Below, in pieces: positions 1 through 10,535 of a stretch of 64,000 nucleotides of DNA. Source of the stretch: Schmidtea polychroa (Eukaryota); assembly GCA_044892525.1 (NCBI GenBank), contig CM097887.1, positions 34,782,001-34,846,000 of the forward strand, read 5' to 3'. Below the pieces are notes generated by a model that worked only from the letters and a program-made list of their open reading frames with translations, ran no database searches and was not told the DNA's origin. The position numbers were made by a program, and so were the translations under genes. The stretch's first letter is position 1. Each line of letters starts with the position of its first letter.

Positions 1-59
1 CGGAGGCTAACTTGACTCCTTTCCAGACACCCAATATGATTTGACAAAATGATCTCCAT

Positions 60-196
60 CATGTGTACCCATGACGACGAGTCATGTTGGTGCTGTACAC
101 ATGGGTTGGAATCTGTGAGCAGGTAAGCCACTGTGATAGGACTACTCCTCACAGTATTCGCCGTTCGGGTTCGTGAATGCCGTTAGAAGGACTTAC
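60..196 (-). ncRNA. LTR-associated structured RNA motif, copy C1
   Basis: Minus strand reads GTAAGTCCTTCTAACGGC..AACCCG..[AATACTGTGAG/CTCACAGATT stem enclosing GAGT-hairpin-TACCTG]..[CATGTGTAC/GTACACATG stem with AGCACCAA bulge and CATGAC/GTCATG hairpin]. Homologous to six other copies in the window. Confidence 0.75.
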
Positions 197-480
197 ATCA
201 ATTCACTCTTGCCTCTGGTCCAAGTGAGGTCATTTAACATACATCTTATCTACTCGGGATTATGCAAAAATTTATAGTTATATACAGATACAGCAACAAA
301 AGGAGATATTAGACGCATGAGTATATTGAACACAGTACAAAGTTTCACATAGACATTTAAACTTATTAGCTCAATCAGCATTGGCCTCATCAAAATTTCA
401 GTTCAACTACGATCAATGACGAATTTTTGGGGAGATTTCGAGAAGGGATTTGTCTTTTACTCGCACTGTGATTCCGTGAT

Positions 481-1168
481 CTACATTTCACATTCAACTA
501 ACATAGCTGCAATGTCTGACTCTAAAGTTGGGTCTGGTACATGCATCGAACTGTCGACTGGGATGGTCCTGTATTGTGGAGTGGCAAGTAGGACTGGAGC
601 AGGTTGTGAAGGAACTTGGCTAACTGCTGTGACGGTGAACAACGTCGCTTACAAGGCCGATATCTCGTAACGGCGTTTCTTTGTCTTTTCGGCTCAGGTT
701 AGACGCTTCTTTTTCTGTGGATTCGACTGGGCTGCGATGGTAGAGATATTCTCTGGAACAGCAGGTGATTTCGAGACGCTAGCGAGAGTCGACTGTAAAT
801 ATGACATATGGTATTACAGCGTCATCGATTTGATGGTGAATTGGGAATACATTCCCTTTATACTCGCTAATCCGACGCTTCAGCTCCGCCTCGGAGTAGA
901 TTTGGTGCAAGGCCTCCGACTGAGCCTTGATTTTGAGACGTTGACATCGGCTTTCTTCGAGCAAGCTGTATCGGTAGTGCTCAAGCCGTAGGATCTTTTT
1001 ATTAGCGTCTTTCATAAGTGGTGGGGCAAACCACTTGCCCTCCAGCGTGTCGATACACTTTATGAGAACTCCAACATATTCGTTCAACTTTTGTAGGCTG
1101 TCATTTTTATCGGCACACGAGAAACACGGTCTCGGGCCGGTCGGTGGGAGATTCGGTTCTGACATCAA
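481..1168 (-). pseudogene. LTR-borne novel ORF family, copy A (frameshift plus 2 stops)
   Basis: MSEP..RPCFSCADKN..LEGKWFAPPLMK..LRLEHYRYSLLEESR..GNVFPIHH. Continues in a shifted frame as NPQKKKRLT*AEKTKKRRYEISAL*..DIAAMLVECEM*. TTTGTTTAG acceptor 3 nt before the ATG at 1165. Confidence 0.8.
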
Positions 1169-1752
1169 CTAAACAAATGCAGTTTGGTCATAAAATTCAC
1201 ATCAAAATAGTTAAAATAAATTGACGATCACTCAATCTCTGCAAGATCTCGCATACTATTCTTATACATTTATTCATTATTAATTTAGAGTAGTTATGTC
1301 TAATTTTTCATTACATCGGCGGGAGTGAGACTTCATCAAAGTTACATGGCTACTTACCCTTTTCCTGGTAATGGAAAAATAAATAATAATGTGCAATTAA
1401 CTATTTATGAAATTTTATGCTAGTGAGTTGTATTGATTCGTAAGGTTAGATTAAAATCGTTTGTATATCTGTTTTGTAGATACCCTCGGATTCTCTCTCT
1501 CCTACCACTTTATCTTGAGTCAATGAATATTATGCCCGATAAATGAAGATTGAATTTTTCTGAGGGTAGGAACCTGCGAGGCCCCCTGTTAAACTCCTTG
1601 CGTGCGGATCGCAGATGGTGCGCAAATTAATACTACAAACTGTGTTTCACTCGACATCCACTCAATGATTTATTCACATTACCTCCATAATTTTTAAATT
1701 AGCCACTGATATAATTTTCACATTAATTATTATTTATGGTTGAAAATGAGTA

Positions 1753-2656
1753 TGTTGGGAATTATTTGACTAAATAAACAAAATCACTGATATTTACTAA
1801 TAACGACGGAAATGTTTCTAGTAGGTGAAGTCGGCGAACCAAATTACAATTTTACCCTCACTGGTAACATTTATGCCCTACATGTGGACGTTTTTTAATT
1901 TAAGCTCTCGACATTGAACAGCCGAAATGGTAACAATTCATTCAACTTTACAATTAAAGAGACATCCTCTTTATATTGAACGGAAATCTCGACGATGATC
2001 GTCGATGATAATTAATAAGACGGACGTGCCATCAAGTGAATATTATGGCACGAACACGACGATACACCCAGTTGGTTATGCCGGCGGTGACGAAAGTTTC
2101 ACTGATCTACGGAAGTTTAGTTTTCAGATAATTCACAGCGACTATTCCAAATCTCAACTACGTTCAATTCTTAAGTGATCTTAATGTTTACATTAGTTGC
2201 GAAGATTTGATTTTTTTCTGCCCTTTTCTCAGGTTTCCTTATTTCTTTTATTTTTAAATTTATTAAATAATTAAATTAATCTTATTTTCTCCTTCTTTTA
2301 TCGGATAATGTTGGTTATTCTGTTCGTTATTTTATATTTTATTATTTTTTCTCAATTATTTTTTTTGACTTATTTTATTATTAATATTTTAATTTTTCGG
2401 TATTCCCTTTTTGCATTTATTGTTTTTAGCTGTTTTGCTTTACTTATAATTTTGTGAGTTTTTGTTTAAGAATTAATTGCTGTCTCTTTATTTTGTTGAT
2501 TTTATTTCTTATTTTGTTTTAATTATTTGTTTTTTTCCTTTCCTATTCCTTATTTACCTTAATATTTGACTGATTACCTCAATTTATTATTATATCTAAG
2601 TTTTTACTTCGTTATTTTACAAGGTAATTTGGGTTTTCCCGGTTCTTAGCCCAACA
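1753..2656 (-). mobile_element. LTR-like unit (TGTTGGG...CCCAACA)
   Basis: 7-bp terminal inverted repeats, A-rich U3-like first half and TATAAA near 1970 on the minus strand. The start TGTTGGGCTAAGAACC matches the units at 9127 and 55798. Flanks AGTA/GTAG do not give a clean TSD. Confidence 0.65.
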
Positions 2657-2962
2657 GTAGAAAAAATATAACATTCACATCATCGAACAATTTGTTTCAT
2701 AGTTATGCAAAAAGACTGTTTCGTTGAGGTAGTAATTAGGTCCCATATAGGTCAGAATTGGTAATATGGGCAGATCCTTGCTCAAATTTTTTGAATGGCA
2801 CGCTTAATAACATGAATTATTATAGAAAATCTAGGAAAACATTTATAAAATGAGAAATAAGGGCGAATCCCTGTGCAAAATTTTTAAAATTAACATTAGT
2901 AATGAAGACCATAATTAATCGAAAAAAGGACAACAATCTAAGAAAAATGAAGATATAATGAA

Positions 2963-3107
2963 TAGTAGTTCTAGTGGTAGAGCTCATTGATTTTCAGCCA
3001 CTATGTACATTACCAACATGGTTGTTGCCATGGATACGCAGATGGTTAAAAGTAATCATGAAGGCGGTCAGGAAAGAGTCGATGACACACCTCTTAAACG
3101 CCAACGA
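2963..3107 (+). ncRNA. Structured RNA motif copy C6 (internally deleted) plus LTR-end-like CGCCAAC
   Basis: AGTTCTA-GTGG-TAGAGCT hairpin and GTAC-ATTACCAA-CATGG..CCATG. Region 2760-3107 aligns with 57400-57847. Confidence 0.65.
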
Positions 3108-3267
3108 GAATATGTGACTCAGGCATGCCTGCTCACCGGATAATGTTCAAACTATTGATGTGAAGTGCATGTGAGAAAGTGTACAGCCTCATTTTATACC
3201 TATATGCAATATAATTTAAATAACTTTTTATTGAAACTCATAAATCCTTAACTTTTTAAATAACTTG

Positions 3268-3562
3268 AACATCCGATTTCGCATCGAAAGATTTTGATTT
3301 AGTAATGAAATTGCTCGGGAATATGAGGGCGAACCAGAATGCGGCCGTCATGACGGTCCACAAGCTTTGAACGCGAATCGAGAAACTTAAGGCCCAATGC
3401 CTGGAAATGGAGCATTCCTGGTTTGAACCGACAGATTTGAAGAAGCACATATTAATCAGGAACCAGATCGATAAAATATCATTTAAATTTTTAGGCCGTG
3501 TCTCAAATCTCATTATACGTCAGTATAAATTGTTGTCGCGCTACCACAAAGAATTTCTATGA
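3268..3562 (+). pseudogene. Divergent relative of the LTR ORF family (fragment H)
   Basis: Translation ANQNAAVMTVHKL*TRIEKLKAQCLEMEHSWFEPTDLKK aligns to DKNAAVKQLQSEVEALKK..LEGxWFxPTQMK. No CxxC. Confidence 0.5.
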
Positions 3563-3730
3563 TGTTTATAAGAGAACCAAGAAAGATCTTTAAGTAGTCA
3601 CTCAATGACAATTTTATACTCTCGAATAAATCACACAAAATCAATCGATAACCGCCGCATCGAATTCAATAAAAAACACAATATATTCAACAAAATTTAT
3701 ATAACAGATCTCCTCACACGCACACTGAAT

Positions 3731-4743
3731 TCAGTTGTCATCTCGCCTACCAGCGAGATACGCGTGTGGATCGATAAATGCGGACTGATTATAGCCAAGC
3801 CCGACCCCCCGTGACGTGTGCGTGTGGCTGCGTGCCGACTGGTAATCTGCATCCAACCGATTAAACAACACAGTTTGCTCATTCTCCTTTTTTGAGAGAT
3901 CAATCGTGCTTTGCGTATTTGGTTCATCATGGATTCCCATTAATTTCCGGAATTTCGCCGCCTTTTTGTCATCACCTCGACTGGCAATGACAGAAGAAGC
4001 ATTCCAGGCTTCGATATTTAGTTTCTACACAAAATTTCTAAAAACCTTCGATATTAAACCATTCACCTTGGAATCATCTTTTTTGGACCACAATAATTTC
4101 CGCTTCTGATCAATTTCAGTATGTTTAGTGGAATTTACGGTTGCAGAATTAAGATAACTAGGAAACTTAACTCCACTAGTCTCATCAATTGCTTTGCTAT
4201 TATCATCATTATGTCTATTTACTCTACTAACCAAATCATTAATATTTTTTAACCAAATCAAACAAACTTAGGAGATGAATCTTTATATTTTTTCTTGCGA
4301 TCATCTCGATGAGATTTTTTCAGTGAACGATCAAATTTAGGCGATCGAGACCTTCCTTTGCTAGAATGTTTTCTTTTATCAGAACTCAGGGAATCACGAC
4401 GTTTCTTGTGAGATCCTGAACTTTTATATCTTTTACAATGATCTTTACTTCGGCTTCTTCTAGATCTAATATTTTTCTAATAACTTAACAATGAGAAAAT
4501 CAACAAATTACTTGGAATTGTGATGATCTCTTGACTGTGATCTTTTAGATTTGTGATGTTTAGGCTTTTTATGACTTGAGCTGCGCCTGTGCTTTGATCG
4601 GGTCACTTCGGAATGACTCTTTACATTTTTGTGAGTATCAATAGACGAATCCGTATCAGAGGCCGAATTCTTTCGAAAATTCAAAATTAATTAAATAAGG
4701 TTAAAATGAAAAATAATACAATATAATATACCATAACTTGCAT
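3731..4743 (-). CDS. RSRC2: Arginine/serine-rich coiled-coil protein 2 (RS region plus small acidic protein domain), multi-exon
   Basis: Spliced translation gives an RS-rich N-terminus, then KRKLLWSKK..KFRKLMGI..FNRLDADYQSARSHTHTSRGVGLGY, matching the RSRC2 C-terminus. In-frame GT-AG introns of about 41-60 nt. Start codon uncertain (4743 or 4734). Confidence 0.85.
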
Positions 4744-6024
4744 TATAAATCTTACCGTTTACCCAAATTTCATCATCACAGAACTTCCACAAATCCAACC
4801 TCTTTTGTATGGAACTTGTAGTTTTGTAAGACTGGATACTTTTAGTAATTAAAATTTGTCAGATTTTTTATAACTAATTTTTATTCAAAAACATTTATTT
4901 AGTAAACAATTATTTTATAATTATATATAAAAATTAATTAATTATTCAAATGATATAGTTTATTAAATATATGTAATACTTACATTAATAATAGGTGATT
5001 TCGAAAAGACAACTGGTTTCAAATCGGGACTAACAAGATTCTACAATTGAATATAAAATTTTATTACAATTTTAAATTACTAACATTTCTATCCATATTT
5101 GTTGATTAATAGTTAAAATTTAAACAACATAATAAATAAGGCAATCGTTAAATTTTATCGTTCATAGTAATATAACATAACAACGTATATATAATAAACA
5201 AAAATAACTCTTGTAATAAAAATATATTTATATTTTTCCAATTATAATAAGAAAATTTCAATTTTATAAGTTATTTTGAACTCTTAACTGAATTTCTATA
5301 AATCTAACTTATATATATTAAATTGTTACGGCAAATGAAAATGATGTCAATTTTAAAAATGAAAAATTAACAATTATTTGAGGGAGCAACATTATTACAT
5401 TGAAAGTTAAAAGGTTCTTGTGAACTTCTTATTTCAAGAATTTCTACGATTAAAAAATATCAATCACAATTCAAGATTAGTTCTTATATAATTTGTATAA
5501 GTCATCTCTCACGATGATTGAGTTTGATCCTCCCATGTACAATTGTTGAAAATAATAATGTAAGGTCGACACCCGAAATATTGCAAATGTTTTAATGCAG
5601 CAACAAAAAATAAGCACAGATCAGCATTAAGCTAAATCAAACCAACTCGAAGTTGCTGGGTTGATGGTTTACACGAGGACTAATAAAACCATTTGTGTTG
5701 TCTCTAACCCGATTTAACATTGTTCTATCCCTTGAAATCCATAGCGATATGACGTTAGTGATGTGCTAAATAGATGAATACTCATAAAGGAGAGTTTCCT
5801 AATTTTCTCGCCATTTCAATAATTCAACAGAGAATGTAAATCATTTATTAATTACATTTTTAATTACACTCATAACTATGGAATAAGTTTACTAGAATTA
5901 TGTTGGAGCGCCACTATGTCGACACAAGTTTTAACACCTGTCTAAATGATGAAGGTTAATTACCCAATTTACAAATACCGATTCTCGAACCTTAGTTTTA
6001 CCCCACACGATTGTTCACTCGATA

Positions 6025-6144
6025 TGGCACCCGTGATTCACATCATGTTGGTACTGTGCAATGGCGGCGAAACATGGTGAAGCAGGTGAGCCCTTGCCTC
6101 AGGACTTCGACTTACCCCTATTGATAGCCGATAGAAGGACTTAC
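6025..6144 (-). ncRNA. Structured RNA motif copy C2 (partly deleted)
   Basis: GTAAGTCCTTCTATCGGC, AGTCCT-GAGGCA-AGGGCT hairpin, CACCTG, AGTACCAACATG. Confidence 0.7.
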
Positions 6145-6370
6145 GTCTCGTCTCATTTAATTAAACTTTATAGAAAACCACTTTTCTTATTTCCTACTTT
6201 ACCATGATTTATTTTGACTGTCAGAATGTGTTACACTAGGAAGTTGACGGAAAACAAATAACAGCAAGAACATTGATTTATATACATTTGAAGGCGAGTT
6301 CAGTTAATTAGAACAAACAATTGCGACAGAAAACAGATAATAAAATAACAGCACAGATCCTTCTCATAGG

Positions 6371-7179
6371 TCAAAATGTTCCAATCACATGAATAGAGGC
6401 TGATTGTCTATAAAGCGTCTGCTGTGGCTTCTGCGAAAAGTTCGTCTTGATCGAAGGACTCAGCTGCATTTTCATCCCAGGGCGTATTCGTTGGAGGTAT
6501 GACACGAAACTGAAGAGATGGCGCGATGGGCTTGGATGTAAAAGCTTAAATGTAAAAGCTTGGATGGCTGCCTGAGCACTGTTGGCCATTAGCTTACCAT
6601 CCCTCTTGGCCTGTAGAACCTTCTTCTTTTTATTTCGCTCTGCACGAGTCAGCTGTCGTCTTTTCGGCTTACTCGGTTGCACTAGAAGAGTAGTTACGCC
6701 AGGTGGTGAGATAGGCTAAGGTACTATTTGACTAGTGCCGGTGATGTAGACGTTGGAGGTCGCAGGAGAGAGAAGAGATTCCACACAACCCTTACTTGAT
6801 TTTCCAGATGGCTGTCGAGCGAAATCCTGGGGATAATGATGAATCGGAAAGACGTTATCAGCTTTCGCGATTGGTATATTAACTATCTTCTTGGTGACGG
6901 TCGCCTGCACGTAGACCTTGTGCAGTGCCCCGGTTTGCTCTTTTATCAATAATCTCTGCGTCCTACTTTCCTCTACCAGGCGTAGCGACAATGCTTGCTT
7001 CTAGCTAGTTTCTTTTGGACTTCCTTCATTTGTGTAGGAGCGAACCACATCCCTTCTAACTGATCGATTTTTCGTTTTAACAGGCCTATCTGATCCTGTA
7101 AGATTTTGATGATTGCATTTTTATCGGCGCACGAATAACATGGCTTGAGGGTCGATGTTGTGGATGGATTTCCGCACAT
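6371..7179 (-). pseudogene. LTR-borne novel ORF family, copy B (frameshifted)
   Basis: KPCYSCADKN..LEGMWFAPTQMK, then VEESRTQRLLIKEQ..DNVFPIHH, then KPKRRQLTRAERNKKKK, across three frames. TTTTTCTGAAG acceptor 3 nt before the ATG. Confidence 0.8.
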
Positions 7180-7661
7180 TTTCTTCAGAAAAATAAGAAT
7201 GTATATGAAAACTACACACTACAAACAGACGACTAGAAAACGCCGTCGAAATTTGTTTTCAGAGTTCAGTGGATTGTTGCTTAGGATTTACCTTGTTGTA
7301 TTGATATGGGTGATTGCGATTAACGCACATGTTTTGTTATCTATCCTAATTATTTTGCTTTTTAGTGTTGACATTGAGACCAGGTGGTAGTTCGTTATTG
7401 GTTATCTCTGCTTATTTTATCAGTATCAACGATTTTCATATACCTCGCTGATTAACCATGTGTTTAAGTTTAAATATTCTCACGTGGTTTCGATATTTTA
7501 GGCGACTTTCTTCTGTTCTTCTCTTTTATTTAATTACGATAACGAATAAGATTGATTACTGAAATTTTCTCCAATTCTCAACCCAACAATTATTTAAAGT
7601 ATCTAAGTGTTTTCTTAACCACAGACGTCCATCATAATCATACGCGTTAGCTCATTCCTTT

Positions 7662-7895
7662 TGTTGGCGCTTAGGGAATGTGTTATTAAAATTCTCTAAG
7701 GTTGCTGTTAAATATATCGTTGATTCTTTGCTAAATGCCTTTTTGACTATTAAACTTTTTCAATCTGTGTACTCATGGGAGCGATCATGTTGATAATGTA
7801 CAAAGCGGTTGAAAATCAATGAATAGGTGAGTCCCACTGCTGGAACTACTCCTCGTTGCATTTTCGAGTTCATAACTGCCGATAGAAGGTCTTAC
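7662..7895 (-). ncRNA. Structured RNA motif copy C3 plus LTR 3' end
   Basis: GTAAGACCTTCTATCGGC, AGTTCCA-GCAG-TGGGACT hairpin, CACCTA. Ends AAGCGCCAACA at 7662, 234 nt after the donor. Confidence 0.7.
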
Positions 7896-8042
7896 GATGA
7901 TTTTCATTACGCATTAATTTTTTCGCTTATTGTTCATTTTTGTACATTTAATTATGGTTTTCCTTATTTGATATTATTAACGTTATTTTCAAAAATTTGA
8001 GTACGGATCTACCCTTATTTTTCGTTTTAAAAATTTTATTCA

Positions 8043-9127
8043 TGTTGGCGTTTACGGGAACAACGAAGAAAACAGAAAATTTAGGTGTTAGTAAATGTGT
8101 CTAGAGAAATTGGAAACTCCCGTAAAACGTCAAATGATTGATTTAAACCGACTAGGTACCCATGGGTTCGACCATGTTGTTAATGTACGGAGTCGTTGAG
8201 AACTAAAAACCAGGTGAGCCTCCATGTTAAGACTACTCTCTGTTAGACTTTCTGAGCGGGTTCTAGACTGTAGATAGAAGGACTTACCTCGACGATCATC
8301 AATCTGAAATCAAGGTCGTTATGCGTTCCTGGATCGTTGTTTTCGTGAGCTAGAGTGAGTTTCTGATACCAGAATCAGCGCAGCGCATGTGTTAGGTCTA
8401 TTACTCATGTAAACTACAACAACAAACAAAAATAAAAAAATTAATAACGAGACAAATGAGGAACATATGTTAGGGTTACGTCCCTGAAAAACCAACAACA
8501 AATACAAAAAACAAAAATGTTAGAACTGCCACATTCGGAGCAAGCGTCAGAGAGCTTTCTGCTCTGCGTCGGCCAGTAGCTGGTCTAGGTCGAACACATC
8601 GTCCGAACCTAGGGACCAAGAGAAATCCGTGCTGAAAGTCTGCATATCGATCATTTTTATTGTTGTTATTTTCATTTTAGATTTCAATCAATCTGATAGG
8701 TATATTTCATTTTTTGTTTTAATTCTTTGATTTTATTTTAAATTTATTTATTTTTCTTTTCCATCTGACTGGTTGAATAATCGCCATCTGATATCTTTCT
8801 TATCCCATGGTAAGATGATACTTTTTGCTATTTTTGTGTCTTTTTTCGGCGATTTGTGTTATTCTTGTGCCTTTAAATTATGTTTCGTGTGCAAATACTT
8901 GCTTTTTATCGACTTTATTACTTTTGTTTTAATTATTTTTATTCATGTATTATTTATTTTTGTTGTTCTTGGTGTTATTTTTGATTTTGAATATTTTTGG
9001 TGCATTTTATTTGTCGTGTGGGGTCATCTCAGCTGACTATTTACCTTCAATTATTTACTAAATGAAAATTTTAAGAAAAGTAGGAAAAGAAAGAACAGAT
9101 ATTGTTGTTTCTGGGCTTAGCCCAACA
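8043..9127 (-). mobile_element. Internally deleted copy (F) of the ORF-bearing LTR element, with ORF C-terminus (8548-8654) and RNA motif C4 (8150-8287)
   Basis: TGTTGG...CCCAACA termini, flanks TTCA/TTCT (3 of 4 match). VFDLDQLLADAEQKAL* matches the copy E tail FVLEQLLQEAEADAF. Motif stems GACTCCGTAC/GTACCTAGTC and AGTCTT/GAGGCT. Confidence 0.7.
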
Positions 9128-9935
9128 TTCTAAAAATTTTTGTAGTGATTGTTAATGTGTAGTTGGGATAGTTCTTGTTGTGAGCATATTGGTGAGAAAA
9201 ATTGAAATTATATACTGAGTGTGAAATTCTGAAGTCTAACTTCCCAAGACAGGATTTTTGCTAACTATTCTATAGGACTCTAGATTTTTATCCTACTCAA
9301 ATTCTCACCTCAACAAAATTATAGAAAAATAATAAATAATAAAAAAATCGACACCAAAGCCACATCTCGCGAGATCAGGCGTGGGACCTCGTGCGAGTTT
9401 TTACCTCCCAACTCCGTGAAACGTCGTCTCTTCTTGAATTCACGAAATTAGAAAAATTATATAAAATAAAATGAATACAAAGCGAAGATTCATTAACATG
9501 TAAATTAGAATATAAAACGAATACCATAAAAAATAAACATAAATAAAAATAAAATTACCATCCAACAAGTATAAAAACAAGTTCAAAAATTCTAACCAGT
9601 GAAAAACTGAAAGTTTGGTTGGTGATGTCCACCTATACATTTTCTGGCATTTAATTGATTGATTTTAACAATAAAATTATTAATTAATTTTATTTTCTTT
9701 TTATTTCTTGCGCGATTTTCATGGGAATTATTTTCATGGGAATTATTTTTTTATTAATTTTTATAATTATTTCTTATTATTTTTCTTAATTTCTGCACTT
9801 TTTGTCATAGCTCCTTTGAATATAAATACGAACTATACATTCCTTATTAATTTGATTATGATCCTCATGTAAATACGACCAATAATCAATATTGTATACT
9901 TTCCTGGCGCGAAGAGAAATCTTCGAGTCTCCTGC

Positions 9936-9977
9936 ATAGTACTGATGAGAGCCAAAAGCTCGAAACTAGTCTACTAT
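9936..9977 (+). ncRNA. Minimal type I hammerhead ribozyme (Penelope pLTR/retrozyme type)
   Basis: ATAGTA-CTGATGA-GAGC(CAAAA)GCTC-GAAA-CTAG-TC-TACTAT: perfect stems I and II, intact core, palindromic stem III (ACTAGT), GUC cleavage triplet. Confidence 0.85.
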
Positions 9978-10535
9978 TGGGATTTACACTGGGTATCACA
10001 AAGCTTCTAATATTTATTATAATCATTTTTAATTTTATCAAATATTTACTTTGATTCTACTTTTCGAGTTGAAAAATTTTTCGAATGTTTTGTTTCTCTC
10101 TTAACTATGTTGGTGATTGTAACTTATTGCGTTAATCATTTTTACTATACTGTTTATTTATCCTCAATGTGTTGTGCGCATTACTTTGTATTATTTGATG
10201 TATAATACTTGCAGTTTCTGTGCAAATTTATTCTCAATACTATGCGTGTTATTTTAATTTGTGATTGTTATATATACTTGTTGTGTTGCTTGTAAACGTT
10301 GTCAACCGTTCTAATTATTCTGTCCTATTCTAAAAACCATATTCCATTTGGCTCTCTAAGGCTACTAGCTCAGTTATAATTTTAGGGCAAAAATCGTGAC
10401 TTAAACTAAACTCATTTCGAACTACTCTGATATAAATAATTTTATATTTTATTCTGCGCTATTATAAATATTAATATTAAATTCTATTTACCTATCATAA
10501 ATATCAGATAAATCAAGCAATTTATTATTAGGTGA

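Larger units (their letters stand above)
5901..7588 (-). mobile_element. Complete ORF-bearing solo-LTR-like element (type copy B), 1688 bp
   Basis: Termini TGTTGG...CCCAACA, exact 4-bp TSD ATTA (5897-5900 and 7589-7592). Contains ORF B and RNA motif C2. Confidence 0.85.

Noticed and set aside
60-196. Motif as U1, U2, U11, RNase P/MRP or group I core
   Set aside because: Short word matches only (ACCTG, GACTAC, GAAGGTC), in the wrong order and without the required pairings or an Sm site.
481-1168. Homology of the ORF to hepatitis delta antigen
   Set aside because: Only generic coiled-coil and basic-region resemblance. There is no rod-like self-complementary genome, and the element has integrase-type ends.
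3256-3513. Minus-strand 85-aa ORF as a membrane protein
   Set aside because: It is the antisense shadow of the plus-strand LTR ORF homolog.
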